Part shown: positions 24,953-38,332 of the stretch, one piece after another
How the letters are laid out: the number at the start of each line of letters is the position of its first letter
How positions within the stretch are numbered: the stretch's first letter is position 1
NCBI RefSeq assembly: GCF_006345805.1
Contig: NC_043004.1
Location: 23,746,001-23,810,000 of the forward strand
DNA from: Octopus sinensis
Taxonomy: Eukaryota
DNA length: 64,000 nucleotides
Direction of reading: 5' to 3'
Program-made: the position numbers and the translations under genes
Notes under the pieces: model-generated
Databases searched by the model: none
What the model was told of the DNA's origin: nothing
Seen by the model: the letters and a program-made list of their open reading frames with translations, nothing else

Positions 24953-26494
24953 CTAAAGGTTTCTCTATATTAATAGCTGTTTTATCAACGTGTCGATTCA
25001 GTTTACTTGTACTTCAAGGTATGCATTTCTACATAGGCTCGGTTTTCAGTTACATCTTAAATAGCTGATATCATAATGTCCTCGTCAACGTTATGTGCTT
25101 TTCCCTTTATTTGCTACATTAAGAAATGTTTTTGTAAAGAATCACTTCGCCATTTTATAGTCTTTTCCAGTGCCTTAAAACCTAATGATTTTTGTCGTGT
25201 TTATCAGAGTGAGCCTTTTCTGAGGTGTTGTTCCACTTCTGCAATTTTCATGGCATTATTAGTGAAAGTTTTCACGTAACAGGTACATAGGCTCAGTTTT
25301 ACTGGCAAAAAAAATGGTTTAAATCCGAATTTTATAAATTCTTGTGAATACTACCGGGGATTACATTATCGATGCTAAATTTTTTTGAAAAAGCAGAATA
25401 AATTCACAATTTTAAAACAACTGAAGCTACTCAACTATAAAGTTGCAATAAATGTACCCTGGTATTGAGTGTTTCTTTACGACCTCTTTGCTCTTTTTAA
25501 ATCGGATCTTATATTGAATAAAAAACATTTCGTTAACAATTCAGCACCCTTATTGCTCATAATTATTTCAGGTGCTAGCAGCGTTAATATTCACGACACA
25601 TATGGTAGAGGAAGAGTTAACCCTCCTGGAAATCAGGATTTATAATCTTTGTTTGATTTCCGGTCTTAAGAATTTCATTTGACATGTGTATATTTAAAAC
25701 GTTATACATATAATGTTATATTTTTCAATATATACCGTTTCTAACGAAAGGGTAAGCAGTATTGTATTAACTTAGATTACCAAAATACAGTAGTATTTCC
25801 ATATTTCACTTTAGATTAACCCAGATTAATTAGATTTATGATCAAAGATATTCCTGTCGTGAGCCTTCGTTTTTTTTCTATTTTCTTTTGCTTTGACATC
25901 AACTTACACAACATATACCTTTTAAAAAAGATAGCAGGGTGTAGATCGAAAAAAGGTTCACCTACTAAAGTTGAACGGCCGAGTAGAGGTGTCAAGGAAT
26001 GTAAATGTTCGAGAATTAGAAATAGCCTGTACGGTACGTCTGATACACGACTAAAATGTTGAAATATATTTATATTTTACAAGAATTTTTATAGAGTGCA
26101 TTTAACATATTTTTCATTGAACAATATAAAATATAGGGGAAATCGCTGGGTACTATTATAGTCTAAATATTATTCCAATAATATGGTAAAAGATAAAGTT
26201 TTCTTCTTGAGTGAATTTATAGAGACGTGAGAATATTTCAAATCAACATTGAGAGGAGCAATATAGATATGGTTATAGCAGATCTATAGGGATACATGAG
26301 CATTGGCAAAGAACCTGGATGTGGGAATACATGTAGGAATAGTGAATATGGGAATACATACGTACATAGTGAAAATCGACAATAGTTTTAATATATGAAA
26401 ACACTAAAATTAAGAAACCAAAAAGATTGAAAATTTGTCCCAAAAATGGGTGCATTATAAAAAGAATAATGAAGTAACAATATATTATAATTAC

Positions 26495-26618
26495 CCGATT
26501 TAAGCTCATTCGGCTGCCACTTTTATCTAATCGTTTATGTTTTCTCGTTCCAAATGTAATGTCTTCCCATTTAACCCGCCAAGTCATTGCCTCTAGTTCA
26601 GCTTTCAGGTTAATGCGC
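26495..26618 (-). CDS. NPR1-like: Receptor guanylyl cyclase, first intracellular (juxtamembrane, pre-kinase-homology) exon
   Basis: ttttctcttcgctag|GCGCATT...AATCGG|gtaatt; 124 nt, phase 2 to 0; (R)RINLKAELEAMTWRVKWEDITFGTRKHKRLDKSGSRMSLNR, matching the NPR pattern LExEL...WRVRWED...GSRL(T/S)L. Confidence 0.93.
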
Positions 26619-28451
26619 CTAGCGAAGAGAAAAATTAATTCAGAATATTTTATTAGAGTAAAGACAGTTGATAAATGAGAACTGACCAATAAGATCATTA
26701 ATCACTGTCCGTCTATGTACACATTGTCATACTGTCCATTGATGACCTTCTATTGTCTTCGCCTTATTTTTGTTCGTATTTTCTCATCTACATATTCTTC
26801 AATCCATTATTTTCAGATCCAACATCAACAATTAAATGATTTCCTTCACCAACAAAGAGGGTTTCATGAAAAATTTGGAATTTCGGTACATTAGAACAAG
26901 TAAAACCTCCTTACGAAACGCTATAATTTCGTTATGAATTCATTATAATTTCCTTCATTTGAAGAGCAAAGAAATACATGAGAAAATGTTATAGATACAG
27001 AAATGTTTTGTAGGTTTACTTTTATAGTAAAGAATGAGCTTCATATGATATGTTTGCAATATTCCCGAGATATTTGTACATCAACTCAAAGCAAGCTCCG
27101 TCGGATACTGATAAAAATTAGTTTGGTAATTTTAGTTCCAGACAATATTTCATATTTCAGTTAATAATATCTATGTTGTAGCATACTTATCTTTAAAACA
27201 TCAAATGTTTAGTCTAAATTGCTCAACCAATACGATCTCTTTAACGTTTATCACTTTTAATTATGTTTGAACGAAAATATCCATTTGATAAAGTGAATTA
27301 GAAATATAGAACAGCAAGGAGTTTCAAAGATAAGTTAATATAACACCACCACAAGGATATATTTCATTTATAAGTTGTTGAAAATGAAAAGGAAACATAA
27401 TAATCTGTATTAGACTTTGAAAGGAATCGATAATCTCCTATTATTTCACTCAATACTGGCGAGATTCCTATTAAGATTCCAAGATTTTCTCAACCAATAT
27501 TCAATTATTATTCATGTTCTCTTGAAGACATATAGTTCTATGCCTTGAATAATCATTTCTACTGAATGTTAATCTGAATACAAGTTTTCCAACAACTATA
27601 GTACGAGGCCCTGCGGTAGATTGAAAACTTGAGTGAGGAATTGCCATTTTACTAAATCTAATAATAAGTGTGAATGGCGATGATCAGATACCAGATTAAA
27701 GAATTTTACAATAAACTCTAGTGTTAATGCTATTTTCAACCGCATGAATTTTCCTATTTTTAATGTGACCTGCGATTTGAAACCCGATTCATAATTATCA
27801 AATATTTATACCGAATATTTCTTGTTCAGTTTCCTATATTAATCAATTTAAAGTTCCAATAGACTATTTACAAATTATATATGTATATGTGTACATACAT
27901 AACATACATACACATACACAAACGAATTCTTGCTACTCAGACATACACACACACACACACCACACACACACACACACGCACACACACACGCACACACACA
28001 CACATACACACACATATATTTTTAACTCGCTTCTGAACACTAGAACGGAAATTGCATTCGAAACATAGTTGAATTCCTCTGTAGGCTGCGTGTAATAACG
28101 TATTGAGCCGTTCTCCAAGTGGGTTAAACGAGCTACTAGACGCGATGTGTAGGCATGATTTCGCTTCCTTAATAGCTGATACAACTTCGATGATTTGGAG
28201 CTAAGCAGGAACATTTATTCTTACATATAGAAGGGAACCATGTATTTGCTTGTACGTATTGAGGCTTGATACGTGGGAATTTATTCAATATGCCCACACA
28301 AAGCAACGATGATCAGAAGATAAAGACGTATACACTTAGAGCTCGATTTCATATGCATTATTACACACAAAGTCAGGAGGAAGAAAACCTTTTTCTCCGA
28401 GAAAAATGTCTTGCCGATTCAAAAGCATAGTCATAACAACAGAAGTAATTA

Positions 28452-28659
28452 TCTACTATAGGCACAAACCCTGAAATTTCGGGGCGTGGGTAAGTCGATT
28501 ACATCGACCCAATGGCTTGACTGATGCTTATTTTATCGACTACGAAGGATGAAAGGCAAAGTCGACCTCAGTAGAATTTGATCTCAGTACATAACGACAG
28601 GCGAAATGCTGCTAAGCATTTTGTTTGCCGTGCTAAAGATTCTGCCAGCTTGCCGCCTT
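28452..28659 (-). mobile_element. SINE family A
   Basis: aaggcaaagtcgacctc...tctgccagcttgccgcc. Confidence 0.8.
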
Positions 28660-29025
28660 AATAATAATGATAATAATAATAATAATAATAATGATAATAA
28701 TAATAATGATAGCAACAACAACAACAACTACAGCAACAACAACAACAATAATAATAATATGGATGTTTCATTCATCATCCTTAAAAACCCTCATTCAGTG
28801 AACATTTGAGAGGGGCTACTCGACCTGATGAAGATTCTAACTAGGCCCCCAGCTGCAAAGATTCTAACTGGGCCCTATCTGATATGAGATCACCATGTCG
28901 CGCACATATTGTTGTGATGCATGTGCCTGGTGTACCCTTATAAGACGTGTAGTCATGATGGGCATACTGAGCTTCGTATATTTTACCCCAGTGTCACTTT
29001 GATGGCATGCACTGCACTTTCACTC

Positions 29026-29060
<35 letters not shown>

Positions 29061-29391
29061 TAATAATAATAATGATAGCAACAACAACAACAACTACAGC
29101 AACAACAACAACAATAATAATAATATGGATGTTTCATTCATCATCCTTAAAAACCCTCATTCAGTGAACATTTGAGAGGGGCTACTCGACCTGATGAAGA
29201 TTCTAACTAGGCCCCCAGCTGCAAAGATTCTAACTGGGCCCTATCTGATATGAGATCACCATGTCGCGCACATATTGTTGTGATGCATGTGCCTGGTGTA
29301 CCCTTATAAGACGTGTAGTCATGATGGGCATACTGAGCTTCGTATATTTTACCCCAGTGTCACTTTGATGGCATGCACTGCACTTTCACTC
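28660..29391 (+). repeat. 366-bp tandem duplication of an (AAT)n-tailed retroposon fragment
   Basis: 28660-29025 and 29026-29391 are identical by eye except one triplet in the AAT run. Confidence 0.9.
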
Positions 29392-29425
<34 letters not shown>

Positions 29426-29429
29426 TTCA

Positions 29430-31090
29430 GCTTCGATAAAGGAACAAATGCTACCTTCATCAGTGGGAATCTGGTTGAAACATTCAACGTTGAACTTGAC
29501 TAATATTTAGGAGTTTATGAAGATGATGAAATAAAACACTCAAAGGCGAAGAAAAAGATCAGAAAAGAATGTTATTGCATGGTAAAGACAAATCTCAAGA
29601 CAGCTCGCAAGGAAGAGCATCGAAGCAATAAATAATGTTGCCATACCGGTTGTAACAGTTTCAATATTATTAACTGGTCGAATATTGAAATTTTTAAGCT
29701 TGATAGAAAATCCCGAAAGTTGTTGACAATGAATAGCATGCACCACCCCAAGGCAGATGTGGAATGACATTACTTTCCGAGTAAAAAGAGTGGCCGTGAA
29801 CCCTTACAACTTGAATTGTTACAGACATTTGCTACAATCGGCCTAAACACTTATCTGATAAAATCTGATAACTGGAAGCTAGAACTTGTATTAAAACACG
29901 AAAACAAAACATTCTCATATTCGGTAACAAAAAAGACACGGATATAGCTAAGTGAATTCCAAACACAGCAAGTTCAAGAATAAGATGAGCTAGGAACAAG
30001 CACAGAAAAAATTAAACGTATGAAACCTCTTGCTAAAAATGATGCCTTAAATATTCTTACGGGAAAAACGACTCAATGGCAAATGCCCAAATATAGCTAA
30101 CAATGCTGATATTGTGAAAGCCCTTACACATCATTGGTTTGCATGCACTGGCTTGAAATGAGAGACCAGGCCAACGTCTTAAAGAGCGGCAGTAGCCCAA
30201 TATGCTGTGTATGCAAGCAACAAACTGAAATCATCGAATATGTTGTCTCCATGTACAGCTTTCTTGTGCCCTCAGAGTATCTCGAAAGTTGTAATTGAAC
30301 CGCACAGTATATTCACTGGGTAATTTGCAAGGATCTGGATCTACCCTGTGATAAATACTTATAGGAACACAAACCACCTGCAATGTTTAAAGATGATCAT
30401 ATCTCACTCATGGTACTTTTCTGTTTAAACTGACAGAAAGATAGATGCAAATAGACCAGACATTATATTGAAGAATTTCAGACAAAAATCATGCTACCAC
30501 ATCGATGCGAGTGTCGTAATCGATACATGTATCTGTCAAGACCTACCAAAAACCGAGAATGTATGAAGATCATGAAACAGAAATTGGCAAAATGCGGCAA
30601 CTCAAAACTAAAACAATTCTTGTTTTCAAATGTGTCCCAGGATAGTAAAAGGGTCTGATTTGTTACGTATTTCAGGTTCCAGGAAATCCGAAAACAAACG
30701 AAATTCAACAAATAATGCTCACAGGAACAGTTCATATCCTAGAAAAAATACTGTCTCTGTAGTTTCAAAAACATTTTAATCTTTAAACACATTGTCAAAA
30801 GTAATTTTAAATGAACATAATAGCAACCAACTTTTACTGTCATCTTAAGATGACACTCTCATTTTATCACCAAGCTATATTTAAAATATACTTTTAATTT
30901 TCTTACGTTTTGACAAGCATTCTCTAGAACAATACTTTGTACAAATCCAAAAACATTGCAGTTATCAACCATCCTAGTCATAATACCCATTTGAACCACC
31001 TCTAACTTGTCTCTTCGAATCTCTGATTGAGTCTTGGTGTCAACTTATACAATGCAAAATCCAAACACATAGTAATAATAATGATAATAA
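29430..31090 (+). mobile_element. Old R4/Dong-type (RLE) non-LTR retrotransposon 3' portion
   Basis: Degenerate frames give KLDRKSRKLLTMNSMHHPKADVE, the knuckle CCVCKQQTEIIEYVVS...AQYIHWVIC and DANRPDII; ends in an AAT-rich tail. Confidence 0.8.
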
Positions 31091-31092
31091 GT

Positions 31093-31611
31093 ATAGGCAC
31101 ACACCAGAAAAGGTCACAGAAAACGAGAAAGCAACCATACTTTGGGATATGCCGATACACACAGATAGAGAAATTAAGGTCAACAGACCAGATATAGTTG
31201 TCAGAGATCATGAAGAAAAAAAATGCTTTCTAATTGATGTATCAATACCGGCAGATGACAACGTGTCTCTAAAAGAAATGGAGAAACTTTCAAAATACAA
31301 AGACCTGGAAATAGAGGTAACCAGAATGTGGAATCTAAAAACAGAAACAATTCCTATCATAGTAGGTGCATTAGACATGATAAAAAAATATTCAGACAAA
31401 TACATAACAAAAACACCAGGACTTACAAACACATATAACATACAGAAAATTGCACTACTAGGCACTGCACACATCCTACGCAAAACATTTTCCATACAAT
31501 AACCATCAGAGCAACACAACACATACCTAAGGCACACAGAGCTGCGCTCGGTAGTGAAGTGAAAGCACGCTATAAAAATAAAACTACTGAATGATGATGA
31601 TAATAATAATA

Positions 31612-31640
<29 letters not shown>
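31093..31640 (+). mobile_element. Younger 5'-truncated R4/Dong-type LINE (restriction-like endonuclease) with (AAT)n tail
   Basis: Open ORF 31149-31502: NRPDIVV...CFLIDVSIP...KEMEKLSKYKDL...QKIALLGTAHILRK (PD-D-xK RLE). Confidence 0.9.
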
Positions 31641-31687
<47 letters not shown>

Positions 31688-32187
31688 AAGAAGAAGAAGA
31701 AGAAGAAGAAGAATGTATGGTGATAAAGAAAAAATACTAGTGACAAAAATACAAAGAAAAATGTATAAGGATGGATGAGGATATGAGTAAAAATAAAAGT
31801 AAGGAAACATGAGTTTACAATGACGAATTAGATTATTGAATTATTTGATGTGATGGAAATGAAGTTGACAGCGGCAGCAATATGTAGAGAAGCTACATCA
31901 ATTTACCATAACTCTCGGTCACATTTAATGTGAAAATTTCGTTGTTCTGATATTATAGGTCGATAAACAACCTAATCCATATACCTTGCTATTGGAAAAT
32001 ACTCAAATTTGGATAGGTCACGGTGAAATTTATGTCATTCTGTGTTGTATTATGATTATATTTTTGGAGTGCCATTGGATTGCCCCATAAAATGTTGTAG
32101 AGTACTTTCTGAAAAGGATTGCGGATTACTCTTTTGTTATGATAAAAACAAAATACTTAAAAATTGATAGAATTCAAATTTTCTTAC

Positions 32188-32272
32188 CTGTGTGAGATAA
32201 CGGCCAAAATAGCAACCATAACAAGAAGTGTCCCGAGTACAGAGATTACAATAGCGTAGAGTGGGAATGGCT
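32188..32272 (-). CDS. NPR1-like: Receptor guanylyl cyclase, transmembrane exon
   Basis: ttctttctatttctacag|AGCCATTCC...TCACACAG|gtaaga; 85 nt, phase 1 to 2; (Q)PFPLYAIVISVLGTLLVMVAILAVISH(R), a hydrophobic helix in phase with both neighbouring exons. Confidence 0.92.
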
Positions 32273-32444
32273 CTGTAGAAATAGAAAGAATATATATATA
32301 TATATAGTCAATTCAAATAAACGGATAATAAAAGAACATCTAGATTTGAGCACTTCTTTTTCAGTCCTATAAACCCTTTAGTCTCTGTAAAAGGAGACAA
32401 ATATTATTTCTTGTTGTATATTTATATATATATGTTAAGATAAA

Positions 32445-32690
32445 TGTTTCCTTCGCGAGCTATGCCAGGCTCATGAGGACCGATTTCCAGGTTTCACTGG
32501 CGTATATACCCCTACCTGGACGAGACGCTGGTCCGTCGCAGGATTAGTCATTTTTGCCAGCTGGATGGACTGGAGCAACGTGAAATGAAATGCTTTAGTC
32601 AAGAACACAATATGTCGCCCGGTCCAGGAATCGAAACCACAATCTTACGATCATGAATCCAACACCCTAAACACTAACTCACACACTTCC
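32445..32690 (-). mobile_element. SINE family C with a different 3' tail
   Basis: Reverse complement has tcatgatcgtaagattgtggtttcgattcc...ttgtgttcttgac...tccagtccatccagctggcaaaaatgac, then a tail unlike that of 2022-2344. Confidence 0.8.
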
Positions 32691-32720
32691 ACATACATAA
32701 TAATAATAATAATAATAATA

Positions 32721-32829
<109 letters not shown>

Positions 32830-32855
32830 CAATAATAATAATAATAATAATAATA

Positions 32856-32890
<35 letters not shown>

Positions 32891-33689
32891 GTAATAATAA
32901 TAATAATAACAAGAGCATGCAGAGAGTGGAAACTTCTGCCAAGCCTTCCCCAACGTCCTCTCAATGATTAGTCAGAGATGATTTTAAAAATGAGAATATC
33001 TGAAATAAACTTGGCTGCTTTCAGAAACGAGAATATTAAAGATGAATCTAAATTTTTAAGGAAAAATACCAGGAAAACAATCCAGAATCCTTGTCCGGTA
33101 CCTGATCGATCCCAATGGTAATCATAGAGTGTGAAATTGGGTGTGCGGGCCATATTGTTTTAATTTATTCACTGATATAGTATCTTTACGACCATGAAGG
33201 TCTATATTGAAATATTTATCTGTGCGTGAAAGAAAACGGAAAGGATCTGCATACGGTACTGTTAATAGAGGTTTAACAACATCATTTCGCATAAAAACGT
33301 GAGTCCAAGAAGTAAAGCTTCCTTCAAGGCAGAGCTAGAAATGCAATTGGCAGGTAGGTAAGTTGTTTTAAACAGGAGCGATATATTCAAAATTGGTAAA
33401 ACTAAAAATTGTCGAGGATAAATTAAATTTATTATTGTTATTAAATATGTGAGTGTTATTTAACTTCTGAACGGTTCTGTTTATTTAGTTTGATTTTTTT
33501 ATCCATTAGTTTCAACTAAGATAGAGACACGACTAAAATTGATAAAACAGAAACGAAAATAAAACTGTAGCAACAGCAATCCTACCATAACTTACATGCA
33601 AACTATGAGCGTGCTTTCAAGGGAGATAATCAGAAAAGAGACTTGAAAGTGAACGTAAGATCGTAATATTTCATGTAAAGTAAATATAA

Positions 33690-34025
33690 CAAATAATCCA
33701 TAATCCTTGTCTGCTACCGAATCGATCCCAAAATTTAATCACTTTGCGCCAGTTACGAGATCAAACATCACTGAAAGTTTCATCCGAATCTATCCAGAGA
33801 TTCTTATGACATCTTATCTACGGACAAACAAACAAACAAGCAAATAAACAAACACGACTGAAAACAATACCTCCGCCTTTACTCTAGGCATAAGGCCCTG
33901 AAAATTTTAGGGAAGGGAACTAATCGATTACATCGACGCCACTGTTTCACTGGAACTTAATTTATCGATCCGGAAAGGATGAAAGGCAAAGTTGATGACC
34001 TCAACAGAATAAGGCGAAGGTAATA
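33690..34025 (+). mobile_element. HINE-like element 3' part, interrupted by a SINE A (33885-34008)
   Basis: atcgatcccaaaatttaatca...tttcatccgaatc...acaaacaaac...aatacctccgcctt [SINE] aaggcgaaggta; related fragment at about 33075-33150. Confidence 0.5.
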
Positions 34026-34689
34026 ATAATGATAATGAAAACAAAGGGATGGAAATTAATGGACTTTATTAATGCATCACATATGTTTCTACACTGCACT
34101 TGACCTGCAACTTTTCATATTTATATAATATCTTAAAGTACTCTCAATAATTATTCATAGAATATTTTCTTCACTGAATTTCTAGTGCAGATGTTTTCTC
34201 TGGCATACTAAATTTCTATTAGCCAGATATTCTGATCTTAAGAGCACACACTATTTTACACGAATCAAATAATTTCATTTCAATGGTGGATGTGACCTGC
34301 GACTCGCCAAAGAGGCATAAAAATCAAAACCTCCAAAAGCTGGCTCCCCTAATCTCTACTGGCGGGTGTGGCTTATGAGAAATACAACCATGGACAAAAA
34401 CAAAGGGTTATAGCAACATTTTCAATTCTGGGCGCATTATGAGGCTTATGCCCAAACTAAAATAAACGTGTGTATGTATGTATATATGCATATATACATA
34501 TATACACACACATGCACACACATGCACACACATACACATATGTATTATACCTTACATATATATTGCGTTGGGTCAAACGTTTTGTATTATTTTGGTAAGT
34601 TATTTGCTTTATTTATCGAGGTGCAACAAATACATCGGAGCACTCAAAGTAGGAGCCACCTTTCTCTCAGTACTTCGATCCCACGCTCG

Positions 34690-34880
34690 TACTGGTCCTT
34701 GTCCTTCGAGGCATAGAAATCCTTCACTGAAGCCTCTATCCCCTCTTGGTTGAGCCATGTATTGGGACAAGTAATAATACGAGGGGTCTAGGTCTGGACT
34801 ATATGTCGGGTGTGAAATCAATCCGATTAACACAGAATGTAAAATGGATGCAATGTTGCTAAGCATTTTATCCAGCGAAC
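34690..34880 (-). mobile_element. mariner transposase remnant
   Basis: Minus frame ISHPTYSPDLDPSYYYL resembles HPPYSPDLAPSDYHLF. Confidence 0.6.
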
Positions 34881-34909
34881 TAATCACTCTGCCAGTGCGC
34901 CACCTTAGC

Positions 34910-35006
<97 letters not shown>

Positions 35007-35143
35007 GTATAAATAAGGGAAGTAAAATACGGATGGGACCACACCTATAACAATCAAAGGTTACCCAGCGTTCAGCATCACAGAAAGAAAGGGAAAAGAA
35101 TGTAAGAAATGATTGATTGACAGACAGAGAGACAGATAGACAG

Positions 35144-35174
<31 letters not shown>

Positions 35175-35984
35175 GATAGACAGATAGATAAATAGATAGA
35201 TCGATACAGGTGAACCTTTTAGGGTGAAGGCAAAATCCCAATGGTGGGATTTGTACTTATGTGAAAAACCAGAAAATTTTGAAAGGCAAACATCAAACGT
35301 TTGTGAAGTTTGAACTCCGGCTGAAGGAACATAGAAACGAATTATGCACTACTACATTAGTCAATATCCTTTTCCTTAATAACTTAAATAAATGAAAAAT
35401 TATGCTACTGGACAGGAATACAAAAAATTTACATATTTATAAACTGATAAATTTGTCGATATTGTTTTAAAATATTCTGCTAACTAGCAATAATAGAAGG
35501 TAAACACTTCTGTCATTCTCTGGATATCATGTAAATTACAAAACCAGTGTATAATGAGTTATCATTATTAAAATTTGCTGGTAATATTTTTGTGCTGTCG
35601 GCTACTTAAAATGTAATTTATGTAGAATACAAAACTATCAAAGCCATTAGCTCTATGGCATTTGATTGTGACATAATGACATCGACTAACTTTTGACCAG
35701 AAATTTAAACAACGAAGATTTAGTTTCCGTTTGAAAACTAAACAAACAAGACATTAACCAAACAACACAATATTTGTTTTCCTGACATTAAGTCAGTCAA
35801 TGGGCAAGATGTCTGTAGAAATGTAGTGATACGGATAAAAAAGGAAAATATTTCCGATATAAAATCTTTATTTTTCAGCCATATTTAAATCATGCATTCT
35901 TATTCTGGAAACAAGATTTTTCTTGGTTAAATTTTTGTAGCATGCCGCTCAAGGGTTTGCCAAATCTTTAATAATACATTCTAA

Positions 35985-36180
35985 TATAGCCACAAGTCCT
36001 ATTGGGAAGGAAATTAATCGATTACATTGATCCAAGCGTTAAACTGGTGCGTATTTTATCGACCCTAAAAGGATGAAAAGCAAAGCTGATCTCAGCGGAA
36101 TTTGAACTCAGAACGTAAAGACGGAAGAAATGCCGCTAAGTGTTATTTCTGGCGAGCTAATGATTCTGTCAGCACGCCAT
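35985..36180 (-). mobile_element. SINE family A
   Basis: cggaatttgaactcagaacgtaaagacgg...gattctgtcagcacgcc. Confidence 0.8.
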
Positions 36181-38088
36181 GATGTGGTCCTCATGCTTGA
36201 AAATGAAATGCAGGGATCCCCTCTGTCCTTCATTTTTTGGAGTGAAAACTGTCAGATCTCGCCATCTTGGATAGATAAAATGGCGTTACCTATAGCCGTC
36301 CCACAATCCATCAATTACAGCTAATATCAGCTAAATCTCTTTTTAATTACATGCTACAGTCTACAAACAATAAGTATATATAAGAAAATGTCCAACCTGA
36401 GATGTTTTGCCATATAAAACAGACTAGTCACAGATCGAAGCCTTTTGATAATAGGTCAATAGGTCTGCTATATCAAGACCGACCTGGATTAGTAACAATA
36501 ACAATAATATAATTATCGAGCCAGTAAGCTAATCTGTATGAGCTAATTAAGTTCGCCAGAAATTGCAGCCGAACAACCAGCGGTCGTTCAGCAACGATGT
36601 CTAAAATATATAGAATAAAATTACGGTATAGCCAATGCTCGTCCAAATTTTACCATAGATCAGCTAATCCAGATCGGATCTAGGACAACGAATTATATTT
36701 ATTTACTGTGATTTTGCTGCCTAAACTATACAAATTACAATGGTTCAAGATTGTAGTTATTTCTTATTTATCAATTCGTATTCGCTATTCATAAGGCTGG
36801 CGTAATTTACTTGGAAAAGCATCCTGCATAACATGTGTGTGTGTATGTGTGTATGTGTGTATGGGGGCTTGTGAGTGTGTGTGAGTTTGTGTGTATGTGT
36901 ACCTTCCTTCAAACTATCTGTCATATGTATATATACACACACATACACATATATATATACACACACACATATATATATATGTGTATACACGCGTGCGTGG
37001 GTGTGTGTGTGTGTTTATGTATGTATGTTTGTATCTATGAATCCGTATATGTGCGTATACAAAAACGCACGCCTATACATATACATATACATACATCTAT
37101 ATCATTTGTATACTAATGTATATCATTATCTTTCGTTGAGTAATATACGGAATGCATGTAAACATTGACGTAAGAGAAAACCGATAAACCAGAGCTTAAA
37201 ATCCAGTTTATTATATTTGTTCTCCATCATTGCCGATACTCACATTATCATCAGAAATACAGGGAACCAGAAATTGGTTATTGTTATAATGTATGAAGAA
37301 TTCACAAACAAACCTCTCCTAATATTGGATAAAGTAATAATCTATTCCTTTCTTTCAATCGGTCATTCAGAAAGGAAGGATAATTTATATGATCTTTTAC
37401 CCGTTTTCTAAGATCTTGGGAGGACTTGATCCAAATGGTCGAGATATAGTGCACTCCATTGCAAGAACCTATTACCTATGGGTTGTAATAAACTGTGGTG
37501 GTACTAAACCGAAAGTCGATTAATACTACACTCAACAAAGCCAAGGCGAGATCTCAACTTAGAACGGAAATGGCGTGAATAAATACAGCAAGATAAGCCG
37601 TCAAATGAAGACAGTAACTTGTAATTGAGGGATATTTAGTGTATATTTCTATCAGGAGGAGCGACCATGTAGAGGTTTATATTATATATTCCTATATAAT
37701 ATAAACAATGTCAGTCGTTTGTAAATTTGTGATCTCTCCTGGAAATCTTCCTGTACGGAGCTGTCGCACGTCATTGATATTCGCCTTTGGAAACGATTAT
37801 TATACAATATTTATGCAGAATATTTGATATAATTCTCTCGTGTCAAAATATAGTCAGCGAAAGATTTCTCACACACACATAAAAATAATAATATAAAAAG
37901 TCATATAGAAGAAACAAAAGTACAGTAAATCTTGTAATAATTACGACGCTAAAATAAATGTCTTGCTTTTTATTGATAGAATTATGAAATAACAAAATAT
38001 TAGAAAAACGAAAGGAACTGACAAACTGGCCTTATTCCCAGTTTTAATCTAAATCATTCAATCTATCATCTGCCTGTCTGTCAATAAC

Positions 38089-38123
<35 letters not shown>

Positions 38124-38134
38124 TACATAACTGG

Positions 38135-38216
<82 letters not shown>

Positions 38217-38264
38217 ATAACTGGTTATATATATATATATATACACATACATAATTGGTTATAT

Positions 38265-38332
<68 letters not shown>

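Noticed and set aside
25571-25645. Plus-strand candidate terminal exon GASSVNIHDTYGRGRVNPPGNQDL*
   Set aside because: Good acceptor (ttatttcag) but no recognisable homology and no convincing upstream exon; could be chance.
26000-26040. Minus-strand QTYRTGYF, resembling the expected next exon (TKTGYYK)
   Set aside because: Followed directly by TAA with no donor site.
26273-26698. 141-aa ORF as a standalone gene
   Set aside because: Only 26495-26618 is exon; the flanks are intronic read-through.
28820-28870. CTGATGAAG in the duplicated unit (also near 29190)
   Set aside because: No downstream GAAA core half.
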